Source: an uncultured Gammaproteobacteria bacterium
GTDB lineage: Bacteria > Pseudomonadota > Gammaproteobacteria > CAWJPQ01
Assembly (NCBI GenBank): GCA_963844825.1
Contig: CAWJPQ010000012.1
Coordinates: 101,955 to 165,954 of the forward strand
DNA length: 64,000 nucleotides
Direction of reading: 5' to 3'
Shown: positions 29,479 through 38,796 of the stretch, in pieces
How positions within the stretch are numbered: the stretch's first letter is position 1
Layout of the letters: every line of letters starts with the position of its first letter
Notes under the pieces: model-generated
What the model saw: only the letters and a program-made list of their open reading frames with translations
Told to the model about the DNA's origin: nothing
The model's database searches: none
Position numbers and translations under genes: made by a program

Positions 29479-31064
29479 CGGCTGTTGCGGGCGGTCTTTT
29501 GGTCGATCAGTTCGTAGAGGGTGCTGCGGGTCACCACCAGGCGGCCGTGGGGCGCGTCCTTGCCGGAGACGCGGGCGGCGGGCACGCCATTGATCATGAT
29601 CGTGGCGTGGACAGGGGCCCCGCTCGCCGTGCCGAGAACCAGAAATACCTTTCTTGCGATGAAATTGAGCCGCAGGGCGGCGCCGGGTTTGCCGGAGACG
29701 ATCTTGTGCGCCTCGGCTTTCCACGTCCCGTCCAGCGCCCAGCCATGGACGGGGAGGAATTCGGGGAAGCGGTAGGCCCGCTCTGCGTCATCGGCGACGG
29801 CCTCGGGGCCCTGGTAGCGCTCCGCCCGGCTGTAGCCGAGGTAGGTCTCCGGGGTCTGGTTGAGGCTGTAGGAGGGCTCGGCGGTCGTGGCGGCGGCGCC
29901 TTTGCCCCGGAGTCCGAGGAGATAGCGGATGTTGTTTTCCGTGACATCGTAGTCGCCTTCGCCGAAGTGGGTGTATACCACGTTGCCGTTGCGGTCGATC
30001 AGGTAATGGGCGGGCCAATAGCGGTTGTGGAAATTGCTCCAGGTATCCAGGTGATTGTCGAGTGCCACCGGGTAGCGGATGTCATGGGCGGCGAGGGCGG
30101 CCCTGACGTTGCCGGGCCTTTTCTCGAACTCGAATTCAGGGGAGTGCACCCCGACGATGACCAGCCCCTTGTCCCGGTATTTCCAGTCCCATGCCGTGAT
30201 GTAGGGCAGGGTGCGCACGCAGTTGATGCACGAATAGGTCCAGAAGTCGACCAGGACCACCTTGCCCTTGAGCTGCGCCATGGCGAGCGGCTGGGAATTC
30301 AACCAGGCCCTGATGCCGGCGAACCGCGGCGCGGGATAGGGCCGGCTCAGTCCCTTTTCAAGCTGCAGGGGTCGGGCGGCGTCCCGCTGCACGTCATCGG
30401 CCAACAGGGACTGGGGATCGACCCCGGAGGCGATGAACGCCACGGAGGCGAGGATGATCACGCCGAAGGCCTTTCTCACAGCCTCCGAATGTCTGCTGAG
30501 GAATCCTATCTTGGTCATGAGTCTTCTCCCGCTCAGGGCGATGATTAACATGGGTAGGCCGGTGCCGACGGCGAAGGCAAGGATGATCAGGACACTGCTC
30601 AGGTCCGCCTGTTGACGGATCACCTGCACCAGCACGGCGGCGAGTATCGGACCGGCGCAGGGGGTCCATACCAGCCCGATCAGGGCGCCGACGGCGAGGC
30701 CGCTGCCAAGGCCGTCCGTGCCGGCCTTGGTGAGCCGGTTGCCCAGGTCGGCGACTCTCAGGGTGGCCCGCCCGAACATCAGCGACAGGCGTTCTATAAT
30801 CAGTGTCAGACCGAACAGGAACAACAGGATGAGGGATGCGTCCTTGAGAAGATCCAGATCGATATGAAGCTGGGCGACCAACGCCCGTGACACGAGCGCA
30901 AAGCCGGCGAACGACAGCACGAATCCGGCAATGATGCCAAAGGGGCGCTGCCTGCCGCCGTCCACGGAGGCGGACAGCACCAGGGGCAAGACGGGCAGGA
31001 TGCACGGGGAGGCGATGAGGGCGAGCCCTTCGCCGAAGGCAAGTCCGATCTCAATGAGATTCAC
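29418..31064 (-). CDS. dipZ: DipZ-type thiol:disulfide interchange / cytochrome c biogenesis protein (CcdA membrane domain + thioredoxin-like domain + C-terminal domain)
   Basis: N-terminal CcdA-like helices with SPCILPVLP and TPCAGPIL cysteine motifs. Thioredoxin-like WTYSCINCVRTLP motif. 548 aa. Stop lies 2 nt from the OPT stop. Confidence 0.85.
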   Translation of the reverse strand: MNLIEIGLAFGEGLALIASPCILPVLPLVLSASVDGGRQRPFGIIAGFVLSFAGFALVSRALVAQLHIDLDLLKDASLILLFLFGLTLIIERLSLMFGRATLRVADLGNRLTKAGTDGLGSGLAVGALIGLVWTPCAGPILAAVLVQVIRQQADLSSVLIILAFAVGTGLPMLIIALSGRRLMTKIGFLSRHSEAVRKAFGVIILASVAFIASGVDPQSLLADDVQRDAARPLQLEKGLSRPYPAPRFAGIRAWLNSQPLAMAQLKGKVVLVDFWTYSCINCVRTLPYITAWDWKYRDKGLVIVGVHSPEFEFEKRPGNVRAALAAHDIRYPVALDNHLDTWSNFHNRYWPAHYLIDRNGNVVYTHFGEGDYDVTENNIRYLLGLRGKGAAATTAEPSYSLNQTPETYLGYSRAERYQGPEAVADDAERAYRFPEFLPVHGWALDGTWKAEAHKIVSGKPGAALRLNFIARKVFLVLGTASGAPVHATIMINGVPAARVSGKDAPHGRLVVTRSTLYELIDQKTARNSRLTLRADEPGLEAYAFTFGG

Positions 31065-31200
31065 GGATCAGGCCCTGCCCGTGCCCAGGCGCCCGCAAGC
31101 CGCGAGCGGGCCGGTTTGTGCAATGAATGCGCATGTGATCATATTCGCCTCGAGTCCTTCCCGTAAGCTGGCTCCGCCGACACCTTGGTGTCTTGAGAGA

Positions 31201-31343
31201 GGTAGCCTGACAGGCCGGCATAACGACCCCGTCACGGGCCTGTCACATTTTCATCACGACCGGCGGGGGACTGTCCGCGAGGGCGTATGCCGCCCGCCCC
31301 GCTCACAGCTCAGCACCGGGGTCCATATCCCGCCCCTGCCGTA
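31201..31343. repeat. Repeat R2, copy a (diverged about 145-bp element with phased GTCAC/ATCAC triplet)
   Basis: Aligns along its length with 31541..31689; by eye roughly four of five positions match. Ends exactly where R1 copy 2 begins. Confidence 0.75.
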
Positions 31344-31521
31344 CAAGCTCGCCCGTTCCTGGGCCGAGCGCTTTCTCATCGCCGTTGCCGCCGGGCTGGT
31401 GGCGGGGGAGAGCCTGGCGGGGGTGGCGGGCGCCATGAGCCGCTTGGTCGGCCCGTAAGGCTAGCCGCCGAAGGTGAAGGCGCAGGCCTCCAGGCCCGGC
31501 TCGTCGGCGCGCAGGGTCAGC
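31344..31521. repeat. 178-bp direct repeat R1, copy 2 (orphan copy of the OPT 3' end and dipZ 3' end)
   Basis: See 29301..29478. Offset is exactly 2043 bp. No intact gene is attached. Confidence 0.95.
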
Positions 31522-31540
31522 TGTTAATGTCTTTACAGCA

Positions 31541-31689
31541 GGTAGCCTGGCAGGCCGGCATAACCACTCCATCACGGGCTTATCACATGCTCATCACAAA
31601 TGGCGGGGAACTGTCCCCGAGGGCGTATGCCGCCCAACCCGGTCGCAGCTCAGCGTTGGGGTCCATCCCCCGTCCCCTCCCTGCCCGTA
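31541..31689. repeat. Repeat R2, copy b
   Basis: GGTAGCCTGGCAGGCCGGCATAAC...GGGCGTATGCCGCCC... is homologous to 31201..31343. Starts 19 bp after R1 copy 2. Confidence 0.75.
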
Positions 31690-32110
31690 TCGAACCGGGA
31701 AGGGCAGCGTGCATCTTCGTTCGGGAAGCCCGGCAACTAATTGTTATTAATAACCGATTCCCGTCAGATGCAGCGCGGGCGGGGTGGCGGGCCGGTGGCG
31801 CCCGGCGCCAGGCCCCGGGTCTGACGGTCAACGCCCGGCGGCGGGAGACAACACGCGGGCGTCAGGCACGGGAACAAAGGCGCGGCGGCGCTGCCAAATT
31901 TGTTCAAGGTTGAATAATAATGTTGCCCCGACTTGTTTAATGCTAGGATACGCACCATCTGATAGTATATCGGTACCCCCGCGGCGGGGCGATTCATAGT
32001 CCGTTCACTGCCTGTTCCCGAGTTTGTTCTTCGCATCCATGCCGCTTCGGGTGTCACAACCCACGGAAATAAGCTTTGATCCCTTTTTCCGTTACCGTTG
32101 AGGATAATTC

Positions 32111-33292
32111 ATGCTGGAAGGTTTGCTGGGTTTATCAGTGTGGGCCCTGGTGGGTGTTACGCTGCTGCTGACACACATCACCATCGCGGGCGTCACCATC
32201 TATCTGCACCGCCATCAGGCCCACCGCGCGTTGGACCTCCATCCCATTGCAAGTCATTTTTTCCGCTTTTGGTTGTGGCTCAGCACCGGGATGCGAACCC
32301 GGGACTGGGTAGCGATCCATCGCAAGCACCATGCCAAGTGCGAGACCGCGGACGACCCCCACAGCCCGCAAGTGTTGGGGCTGAAGAAGGTATTGTGGCA
32401 GGGTGCCGAGCTGTACCGCGAGGAAGCGGGAAATCAATCCACCATTGAACAGTACGGCAGGGGCACGCCCGACGACTGGCTGGAGCGCAATGTATATCGC
32501 CACCCCGGTGTGGGCATAAGCGTCATGCTGCTCCTTGACCTGGCCCTGTTCGGCATCGCCGGCCTGTCCGTATGGGGCGTGCAGATGCTGTGGATTCCCT
32601 TCTGGGCGGCGGGCGTGATCAACGGCATCGGCCATTACTGGGGTTATCGCAATTACGAGTGCCGGGACGCGGCGACCAATATCGTGCCCTGGGGCATCCT
32701 GATCGGCGGTGAGGAGTTGCACAACAACCACCACACCTACGCCGGGTCCGCCAAACTGTCGTCCAAGCCGTGGGAATTCGATATCGGCTGGATGTACATC
32801 CGCCTGCTGGAGATGGCCGGTCTGGCGCAGGTGAAAAAGGTTGCGCCGACGGCGATCATCGGTCCGGTAAAGCCGGCGGTGGATCTGGATACCCTGCGCG
32901 CAGTGACAAAGAACCGCTTTCAGGTGATGGCCCGTTACGCCGGGGATGTACTGCTGCCCGTCTGTGCGGCGGAGTGCCGCCAGGCGCAGGCGGCCACGGC
33001 CATATGGTTGAAGCGCGCGCGCAAGCTGTTGGTACGCAATCATGTGTTGTTGACGGACGGGGACCGTTGCGTGCTGGAGCGGGCACTGGGCAGCAGTGCC
33101 GATCTGCAGGTGGTTTACACGTACAAGGAACGGCTGTGGCGGATCTGGGAAGAATCCGGGGCGAACGAGGAGCGTTTGCTGCAGGCCCTGCAGTCGTGGT
33201 GCCGGAGGGCGGAAGCCACCCGGGTCACCATGCTGGAGGAATTCGCCCGCAATCTGAGGGGTTACACGCTGCAGGCCGCGTCCGCCCGCTAA
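32111..33292 (+). CDS. desA: Membrane acyl-lipid/acyl-CoA delta-9 fatty acid desaturase (Pseudomonas DesA-like)
   Basis: Three histidine boxes (HRHQAH, HRKHHAKCE, HNNHH). YLHRHQAHRALDLHP...FFRFWLWL...AIHRKHHAKCETADDPHSP closely follows the DesA-type pattern as I recall it. Confidence 0.8.
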   Translation: MLEGLLGLSVWALVGVTLLLTHITIAGVTIYLHRHQAHRALDLHPIASHFFRFWLWLSTGMRTRDWVAIHRKHHAKCETADDPHSPQVLGLKKVLWQGAELYREEAGNQSTIEQYGRGTPDDWLERNVYRHPGVGISVMLLLDLALFGIAGLSVWGVQMLWIPFWAAGVINGIGHYWGYRNYECRDAATNIVPWGILIGGEELHNNHHTYAGSAKLSSKPWEFDIGWMYIRLLEMAGLAQVKKVAPTAIIGPVKPAVDLDTLRAVTKNRFQVMARYAGDVLLPVCAAECRQAQAATAIWLKRARKLLVRNHVLLTDGDRCVLERALGSSADLQVVYTYKERLWRIWEESGANEERLLQALQSWCRRAEATRVTMLEEFARNLRGYTLQAASAR

Positions 33293-33580
33293 CATCGGCG
33301 CGCTTTTGGACGATAATCATTAAGTCGGCCCGGTCGGGCCGGTTAGTAATCCGTGAGCGACGGCTCAAGCCGCCGCCCAGGGGGCACGTGGTTCCCCCTC
33401 GTCAAGGTGCGAGGGGATGAACTGCAAACAAATCGCTCGCTCCCTGGGGGGCGAGGCAGAAGTGGATTGGACTGTATGGGCGGTGACAAGGCTTGAGGGG
33501 ATCCCTTTTATGGCATCCGTTGCAGACCCGCTGTCCAGGCGGTCACAACCGCTCCGTTTTATTTATATGAGGTATTTTTT

Positions 33581-33784
33581 GTGAGTACAGGTACTGTAAA
33601 GTGGTTTGATGCCGGCAAGGGTTTTGGTTTCATCACCCCGGAGGACGGCGGTAAGGATGTCTTTGTGCATCGCTCCGAGATCCAAGGCTCCGGCTTTGTG
33701 ACGCTGGAAGACGGTCAGCGGGTGACCTTTGAAGTCAAGCAGGGCCCCAAGGGATTGAACGCCGTTAACGTCGTCGGCACTTAG
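33581..33784 (+). CDS. Cold-shock protein, CspA family
   Basis: [27 protein letters not shown] contains the RNP1/RNP2 cold-shock motifs. 67 aa, GTG start. Confidence 0.9.
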   Translation: MSTGTVKWFDAGKGFGFITPEDGGKDVFVHRSEIQGSGFVTLEDGQRVTFEVKQGPKGLNAVNVVGT

Positions 33785-33812
33785 ACCCCACGGTCTTCAT
33801 AATGCTGTAGAA

Positions 33813-33841
33813 GGCCCCGCCCACCGGCGGGGCTTTTTTTT
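33813..33841 (+). terminator. Rho-independent terminator after csp
   Basis: GGCCCCGCC-CACC-GGCGGGGC followed by a T9 run. Confidence 0.8.
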
Positions 33842-33875
33842 GCGCATGGTGCCGCCTCACGGGGGACGTGGGTGA

Positions 33876-34817
33876 CTAGGACTGAACCGTTCGGCGCGGA
33901 ACCCTTCCGGCGATGATTACGCCGGCGATGACCAGCAGCGTTCCGGCGGACTGCCCCGGCGTAATCAACTCCCCCAACAGCAGATAAGCGAGAAACAGGG
34001 TAATGACCGGCCCGATGGAACTGATAATAGATGTCGAATTGGCGCCGATGCGGCGCATCCCGGCATTCAGGAGGAATGCCGGGATGACCGTGGAAAAGAC
34101 CGCCATGACCAGCGCCACAGCGTACACCGGCAGCGGCAGATCCAGGGCCGCGATATCATGGCTCACGCCGAAGTGGATGCCGGTGGCAATGCAGGCGCTC
34201 GTCATGACATAGGACGTCAGGCGCACGGATCCCAGGCGCCGTACAACATGACCGCTGACCAGGATATAGAGGGCGAATGCGACGGCGGCGCCGAACACCA
34301 GGGCCGCCCCCAGGAACAGGCGGGGGGAGTCCGAACCTGCATGCGCATCGACCACAATGGCAATGCCGACATAGCTCAACAGGAGCGCGGTGCGCTCCCG
34401 GGGCGCCATGGGACGTCTGAAAAAAAGCGCCGACAGGAGTACTACCAGAGTGGGATACAAAAACAGGATCAGTCGTTCGAGTCCTGCGGTGATGTACCGC
34501 AAGCCGGTGAAATCCAGGTAGCCGGCGAGATAGAACCCCAGCACGCCCAGCCCGGCCACGGTGCGCAGATCCCGGGGCGTGAGAGGCTCGAGACCGTCCT
34601 TGCGGTGGGACCACATGGCGGCCAAGACGAAGAACGGCAGCGACATGGCCATGCGAAGACTCATGAGGGTGACGGCGTCCAGTTTCGGGCTGTACGCATA
34701 GGCGAGTTTGACCAGCACCGCCTTGGCCGAAAAGCCGACGGCGGCCAGCAGCACCATGAGGCTGCCGGCGATAAGGGAGCGCGAAGGTGGGGATGCTTCA
34801 ATTGTGCGTGTCGCCAC
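33876..34817 (-). CDS. DMT superfamily (EamA-like) transporter
   Basis: 313 aa with ten hydrophobic segments and a duplicated EamA-like architecture. Confidence 0.8.
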   Translation of the reverse strand: MATRTIEASPPSRSLIAGSLMVLLAAVGFSAKAVLVKLAYAYSPKLDAVTLMSLRMAMSLPFFVLAAMWSHRKDGLEPLTPRDLRTVAGLGVLGFYLAGYLDFTGLRYITAGLERLILFLYPTLVVLLSALFFRRPMAPRERTALLLSYVGIAIVVDAHAGSDSPRLFLGAALVFGAAVAFALYILVSGHVVRRLGSVRLTSYVMTSACIATGIHFGVSHDIAALDLPLPVYAVALVMAVFSTVIPAFLLNAGMRRIGANSTSIISSIGPVITLFLAYLLLGELITPGQSAGTLLVIAGVIIAGRVPRRTVQS

Positions 34818-35125
34818 TGGTTTGTCCTTGTCGAGGGCGGGGCAAGGATCTTGCGGCGACGGGTCAATCGGCAGTCACGGCAAGATCCGAGGCCGCCGGG
34901 TTGTGAGCTGAAATAATCAGGGAAAGGGTGGAGTTCAGCGCATGAGGCGGCGGACGAGGAGTGCTCGCCACAGTCGCATCGAGCGTTTAGAAAGCGCAGC
35001 AGGAATCTTTGCGTTGATGACGTTCATCGCTTTACTCTATAGGGGCCGCGATAGGCGTGTCAAGTTGCGTGGGGCACCGCTGTTGACTTGAAAGTGGACC
35101 CAGACCCCTTTGCTCATGGAAGTGT

Positions 35126-35422
35126 GTGATGGACGGACGACGAACGGCTGTGGTGACCGGCGGCGGACAGGGCATCGGCAAGGCGCCGGCGAGACGGCTC
35201 CTGGAAAGAGGGGTAAAGGTGGTGATCGCAGATGCGGATGAAGAGGCCGGGGCCGGGACCGCCCGCGAGTGCCAGGCGCTCGGGCAGGTTGCCTGCATTG
35301 CGTGCGATGTGTCCGATGAGGCCCGGGTGCGCCGGCCCATGCACGAGGCGGCGGGCTTTATCACCGGGGCGAATTTCGTGGTGGCCGGGGGCATGACGCG
35401 CAGGATGGTTTATGCCGAGTGA
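35126..35422 (+). pseudogene. Short-chain dehydrogenase/reductase remnant with in-frame internal deletion
   Basis: The N-terminal Rossmann part (TAVVTGGGQGIGKA...VVIADAD...CDVSDE) joins directly to an SDR C-terminal tail (GFITGANFVVAGGMTRRMVY). The catalytic Ser-Tyr-Lys region is absent. 98 aa versus about 250 aa typical. Confidence 0.6.
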
Positions 35423-35492
35423 AGGCCGGCCAACGTGCGGTGCGGTTGGCGGCGTGACGGGGCTGATCAACGGTTGAAAGGGGGAGCCCAGG

Positions 35493-35900
35493 GTGAGACG
35501 GGTCATTACGGTCACAACCCACGAACGGGAGACCCTCGTTGACGTCACCGATCAGGTCAAACGTGTGGTCAGCGACAGCGGCGTACACGACGGCGTTGTC
35601 ACGGTTTATGCCCAGGGGGCCACGGCGGCCATTATGATTCAGGAAAACTGGGATGACAGCGTGCAGACCGATGTGATCAACTTCCTGGGACAGATCATAC
35701 CCAGGGGGGTATGGCTGCACGACCGGCAGGACGGCAACGGCGACGCCCATCTGAAGGCCGGACTGGTCGGGCCCTCAGAGACCATTCCCGTCATCGACGG
35801 CAAGCCTGGATTGTCCACCTGGCAGAACATCTTTCTTTGCGAGTTTGACGGCCCGCGTGCCGAGCGTCGTATCGTGTGCACGGTGCTCAATGATAACTGA
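35493..35900 (+). CDS. yjbQ: YjbQ family secondary thiamine-phosphate synthase (UPF0047)
   Basis: TVYAQGATAAIMIQENWDDSVQTD...GNGDAHLKAGLVGPSETIPVIDGKPGLSTWQNIFLCEFDGPR matches the YjbQ family. Confidence 0.85.
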   Translation: MRRVITVTTHERETLVDVTDQVKRVVSDSGVHDGVVTVYAQGATAAIMIQENWDDSVQTDVINFLGQIIPRGVWLHDRQDGNGDAHLKAGLVGPSETIPVIDGKPGLSTWQNIFLCEFDGPRAERRIVCTVLNDN

Positions 35901-35918
35901 AACCTGGAGGGCGTACCC

Positions 35919-36197
35919 ATGAAGGCGACGGCAGAGTTACAGGTCGTTCCGATCGGCAGCGGCGTGTCGGTCAGGAAGGAGGTCAGCCGGGTGGCGGACA
36001 TGTTGAAGGGGCATGAGTTTATTGTGGAGACCCATGCCTCCGGCACCAATGTCGAGGGCGAACTGGACGAGATCCTGGCCGCCGTCGGTGAGATACACGA
36101 GGCACTGCACCGGGAGGGTGCCGTGCGCCTGCTCAGTTATCTCAAGCTGGAGACCCGGACCGATAAGCCCCCGACCCTGGCGGGCAAGCGCCTCTAA
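35919..36197 (+). CDS. MTH1187/YkoF-like thiamine-binding protein (DUF77)
   Basis: AELQVVPIGSGVSVRKEVSRV...ETHASGTNVEGELDEILAAVGEIHEAL is the typical DUF77 pattern. 92 aa. Confidence 0.85.
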   Translation: MKATAELQVVPIGSGVSVRKEVSRVADMLKGHEFIVETHASGTNVEGELDEILAAVGEIHEALHREGAVRLLSYLKLETRTDKPPTLAGKRL

Positions 36198-36223
36198 AAC
36201 GGGAGGGCTATCCCTCATTGATC

Positions 36224-36262
36224 GGCACCTTCATGCCGGTGACAGTCCGGCACGAAGGTGCC
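36224..36262 (+). terminator. Long GC hairpin after the DUF77 gene (possible terminator, no U-tract)
   Basis: GGCACCTTC-AT-GCCGG-TGACAGT-CCGGC-AC-GAAGGTGCC gives 9 + 5 bp of pairing. Confidence 0.3.
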
Positions 36263-36794
36263 GCGCATGCCCCTTAAACTCTGCGGATTTTCACCGCAGT
36301 GTTGGATGAGAGACCAAGCTGTAACCCTGTACCTGCCCGGAACGATTGGGCTTGCGGTTCAGGCGCGTCTGTTGACGGGCCTTCACAGGCGCGCGGAAGT
36401 CATCGAACGGCATCACTGTATTCAACTGCCTGGCGAATATCCCCTGTTCTGAGTCCGGCCGGGTGCCGGGACTTGCTTGACCGGCGGGGACATCAAGGCT
36501 TGACAGGGCCTCTGTGAGAAATGAGTGCGTGCAGGAACGCACGGCTCATGTGGCGATTTGACTTGGGCGGCAACCCCCTTTACATTAACGCATCATCAGA
36601 AACAAATGTATGGCATATGACGTACGGCGTGCGGCGGCTCATATGGATACAGTTGTGTGACTTTTACCCCTCGTCACCCATTCCCATATCGGGCCGTTTC
36701 TCTCCCGAAGCCTCCTCATAGCTGTTGACTGCCGTCACGGCCCGAGCGCGCGAGCGGGTCGGACCGATGCCCTTTGACAAAAAGGAGACACTGA

Positions 36795-38796
36795 ATGAAT
36801 GACAGCCCTGCCGTATTCCGTATCTCCGCGGCGCTGATATTGGTGTTCGTGATCCTCGGTGCGGCGTATCCGGTGGCGATGGGCACAGTGTTCAATCACC
36901 TGCAGGACTGGATTGTCGAGACCATCGGCTGGTATTACATCCTGGCGGTGGCCTTCTTTCTGGCGTTCGTCATCTGGCTGTTCCTGAGCCCCTACGGGAA
37001 GGTGCGCCTGGGCAGTGACGACGATCAGCCGGATTACAGCCGCGGCACCTGGTTCGCCATGCTGTTCAGCGCGGGCATGGGGATCGGGCTGCTGTTCTAC
37101 AGCGTGGCCGAACCCGTGCTCCACTTCGACAGCCCGCGCCTCGCCTCGCCCGACACAGTCGCCGCCGCCAAGGAGGCGATGAAGTTTACGTTCTTTCACT
37201 GGGGGCTGCACGCCTGGGCGATCTATATCGTGGTCGGCCTTGCCCTGGCGTATTTCCACTACCGCCACGGTATGCCCCTGACCATTCGCTCCACCCTCTA
37301 TCCGCTGCTCGGCGAGCGCATTCATGGCCCCATCGGGCAGACGGTGGAGGTCCTCGCCGTATTCGGGACCCTGTTCGGCGTGGCCACGTCGCTGGGTCTG
37401 GGCGTCATGCAGATCAACGCGGGGCTCAACTATCTCGGATTCGTGTCCGTGTCCACCACGACCCAACTGGTCCTGATCGCGGTGATCACCGCCATGGCCA
37501 CTGCCTCGGTGGTCAGCGGCCTGGATGTGGGCATACGCCGCCTCAGCGAGCTCAATATGCTGCTGGCGGCGCTGCTGGCTTTGTTCGTCTTCATCGCCGG
37601 TCCCACGGTGTTTCTCATGAGCTCCTTCGTGCAAGGCACGGGCAACTACCTGTTCAATCTGGTGCCCATGATGTTTCATACGGATGCGTTCAAGGACCTG
37701 GAGTGGGAGAAGACCTGGACCATGTTCTACTGGGGGTGGTGGATCTCCTGGTCGCCGTTCGTGGGCATGTTCATCGCGCGCATATCGAAGGGGCGCACGA
37801 TACGCGAGTTCATCGCCGGGGTGCTGCTGGTCCCGACGCTGGTGACGTTCTTCTGGCTGGTGGTCTTCGGCAACACGGCGCTCCATATGGAGCTGATGGG
37901 TGACACGTCCCTGAGCGAGGTGGTGAGCAAGAGCGTGCCCACGGCGCTGTTCGTCATGCTCGATAAACTGCCCTGGGCCACCATCACCTCGCTGCTGGCG
38001 GTGGTGGTGGTGACGTCCTTCTTCGTGACCTCCTCGGACTCGGCCTCCCTGGTCGTGGATATCCTCACCTCCGGCGGTGACCCGAACCCGCCGCTGGCGA
38101 AGAAGATCTTCTGGGCGGTCAGCGAGGGGGTCGTGGCCGCCGTCTTGCTCCTCAGCGGCGGTTTGGCGGCGCTGCAGACCGCCGCGGTGACCACCGCCCT
38201 GCCGTTCTCGTTCGTGATGCTGGCGATCTGCGCCAGTCTGGTGGCGGGGCTGCGGGCCGAGCGCGATTACCGCGGGGTGTATTCCCACAGGGCGGCCGGT
38301 CTTGCCCAGCCCGAGGGCGCCGGCGTCGGGGGACTGGCGGCGCTGGCCATGACCACCGGTGATTGGCGTGAGACGCTGTCCGATATCATCCAGGACAAGC
38401 GCGAGCGGCGGCGCCCGGCGGCGGCGGGCCCCGTCAAGGTCCGTCCGTATATCTCGAATTTCCTCGATGAGGTGGTGGTGCCGGCCTTCGAGGAAATCAA
38501 GCAGGGCGCTGGAGGAGCACGGCCGCCGGGTCGATATCGACACCGGCCGCTATCAGTCCTCCCTGACGGTCTACGATAACGACAAGGAGGAATTCAGCTA
38601 TTCCATCCGCGGGCACGCTTACCGCAAGATGTCGTTCGCCTTCCCCGAGATATCCCGCGGTACCGAGCCGGAGGTCTTCATGGCCGAGGTTGTCGAGCGC
38701 AGCGGGTCCCGGGATGAATACCAGATCAACGAGTTCACCAGGGACGGCATCATCCGCGACTTCCTCCACGAATACGCCAAGTGGATCGGCTGGTAG
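36795..38796 (+). CDS. BCCT family (betaine/carnitine/choline) transporter with an apparent frameshift before its C-terminal cytoplasmic domain
   Basis: The BCCT core is intact (WFAMLFSAGMGIGLLFYSVAEP, WTMFYWGWWISWSPFVGMFIARIS). The peptide ...VVVPAFEEIKQ (frame 1) continues as ALEEHGRRVDIDTG...EYAKWIGW in ORF 38359..38796. The shift is at the GGG run 38514..38516. Confidence 0.75.

Noticed and set aside
28392-30548. 718-aa ORF on the plus strand spanning the OPT 3' end and all of dipZ
   Set aside because: It is out of frame with the OPT gene and antisense to dipZ. Its product is Arg/Gly/Ala/Pro-rich low-complexity sequence, typical of shadow ORFs in GC-rich DNA. Both overlapped genes have clear family signatures.
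31287-31913. 208-aa ORF in the dipZ-desA gap
   Set aside because: It runs through the R1 and R2 repeats. It borrows the out-of-context OPT tail and has Arg/Gly/Ala-rich composition. No RBS or family signal is present, so I treat the region as non-coding.
32135-33295. 386-aa minus-strand ORF
   Set aside because: It is antisense to the desaturase gene, which has three histidine boxes. The same reasoning applies to other long shadow ORFs such as 224..985, 2501..3292, 17186..17938, 42191..43270 and 48878..49792.
35423-35492. Possible TPP riboswitch upstream of the thiamine-related yjbQ/DUF77 pair
   Set aside because: The 70-bp leader is too short. It lacks the conserved CTGAGA and ACCTGATCTGGATAATGCCAGCG-type elements.
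36735-38543. 602-aa minus-strand ORF
   Set aside because: It is antisense to the well-supported BCCT transporter. Its composition is dominated by Arg, Gly, His and Gln, with no recognisable motifs.
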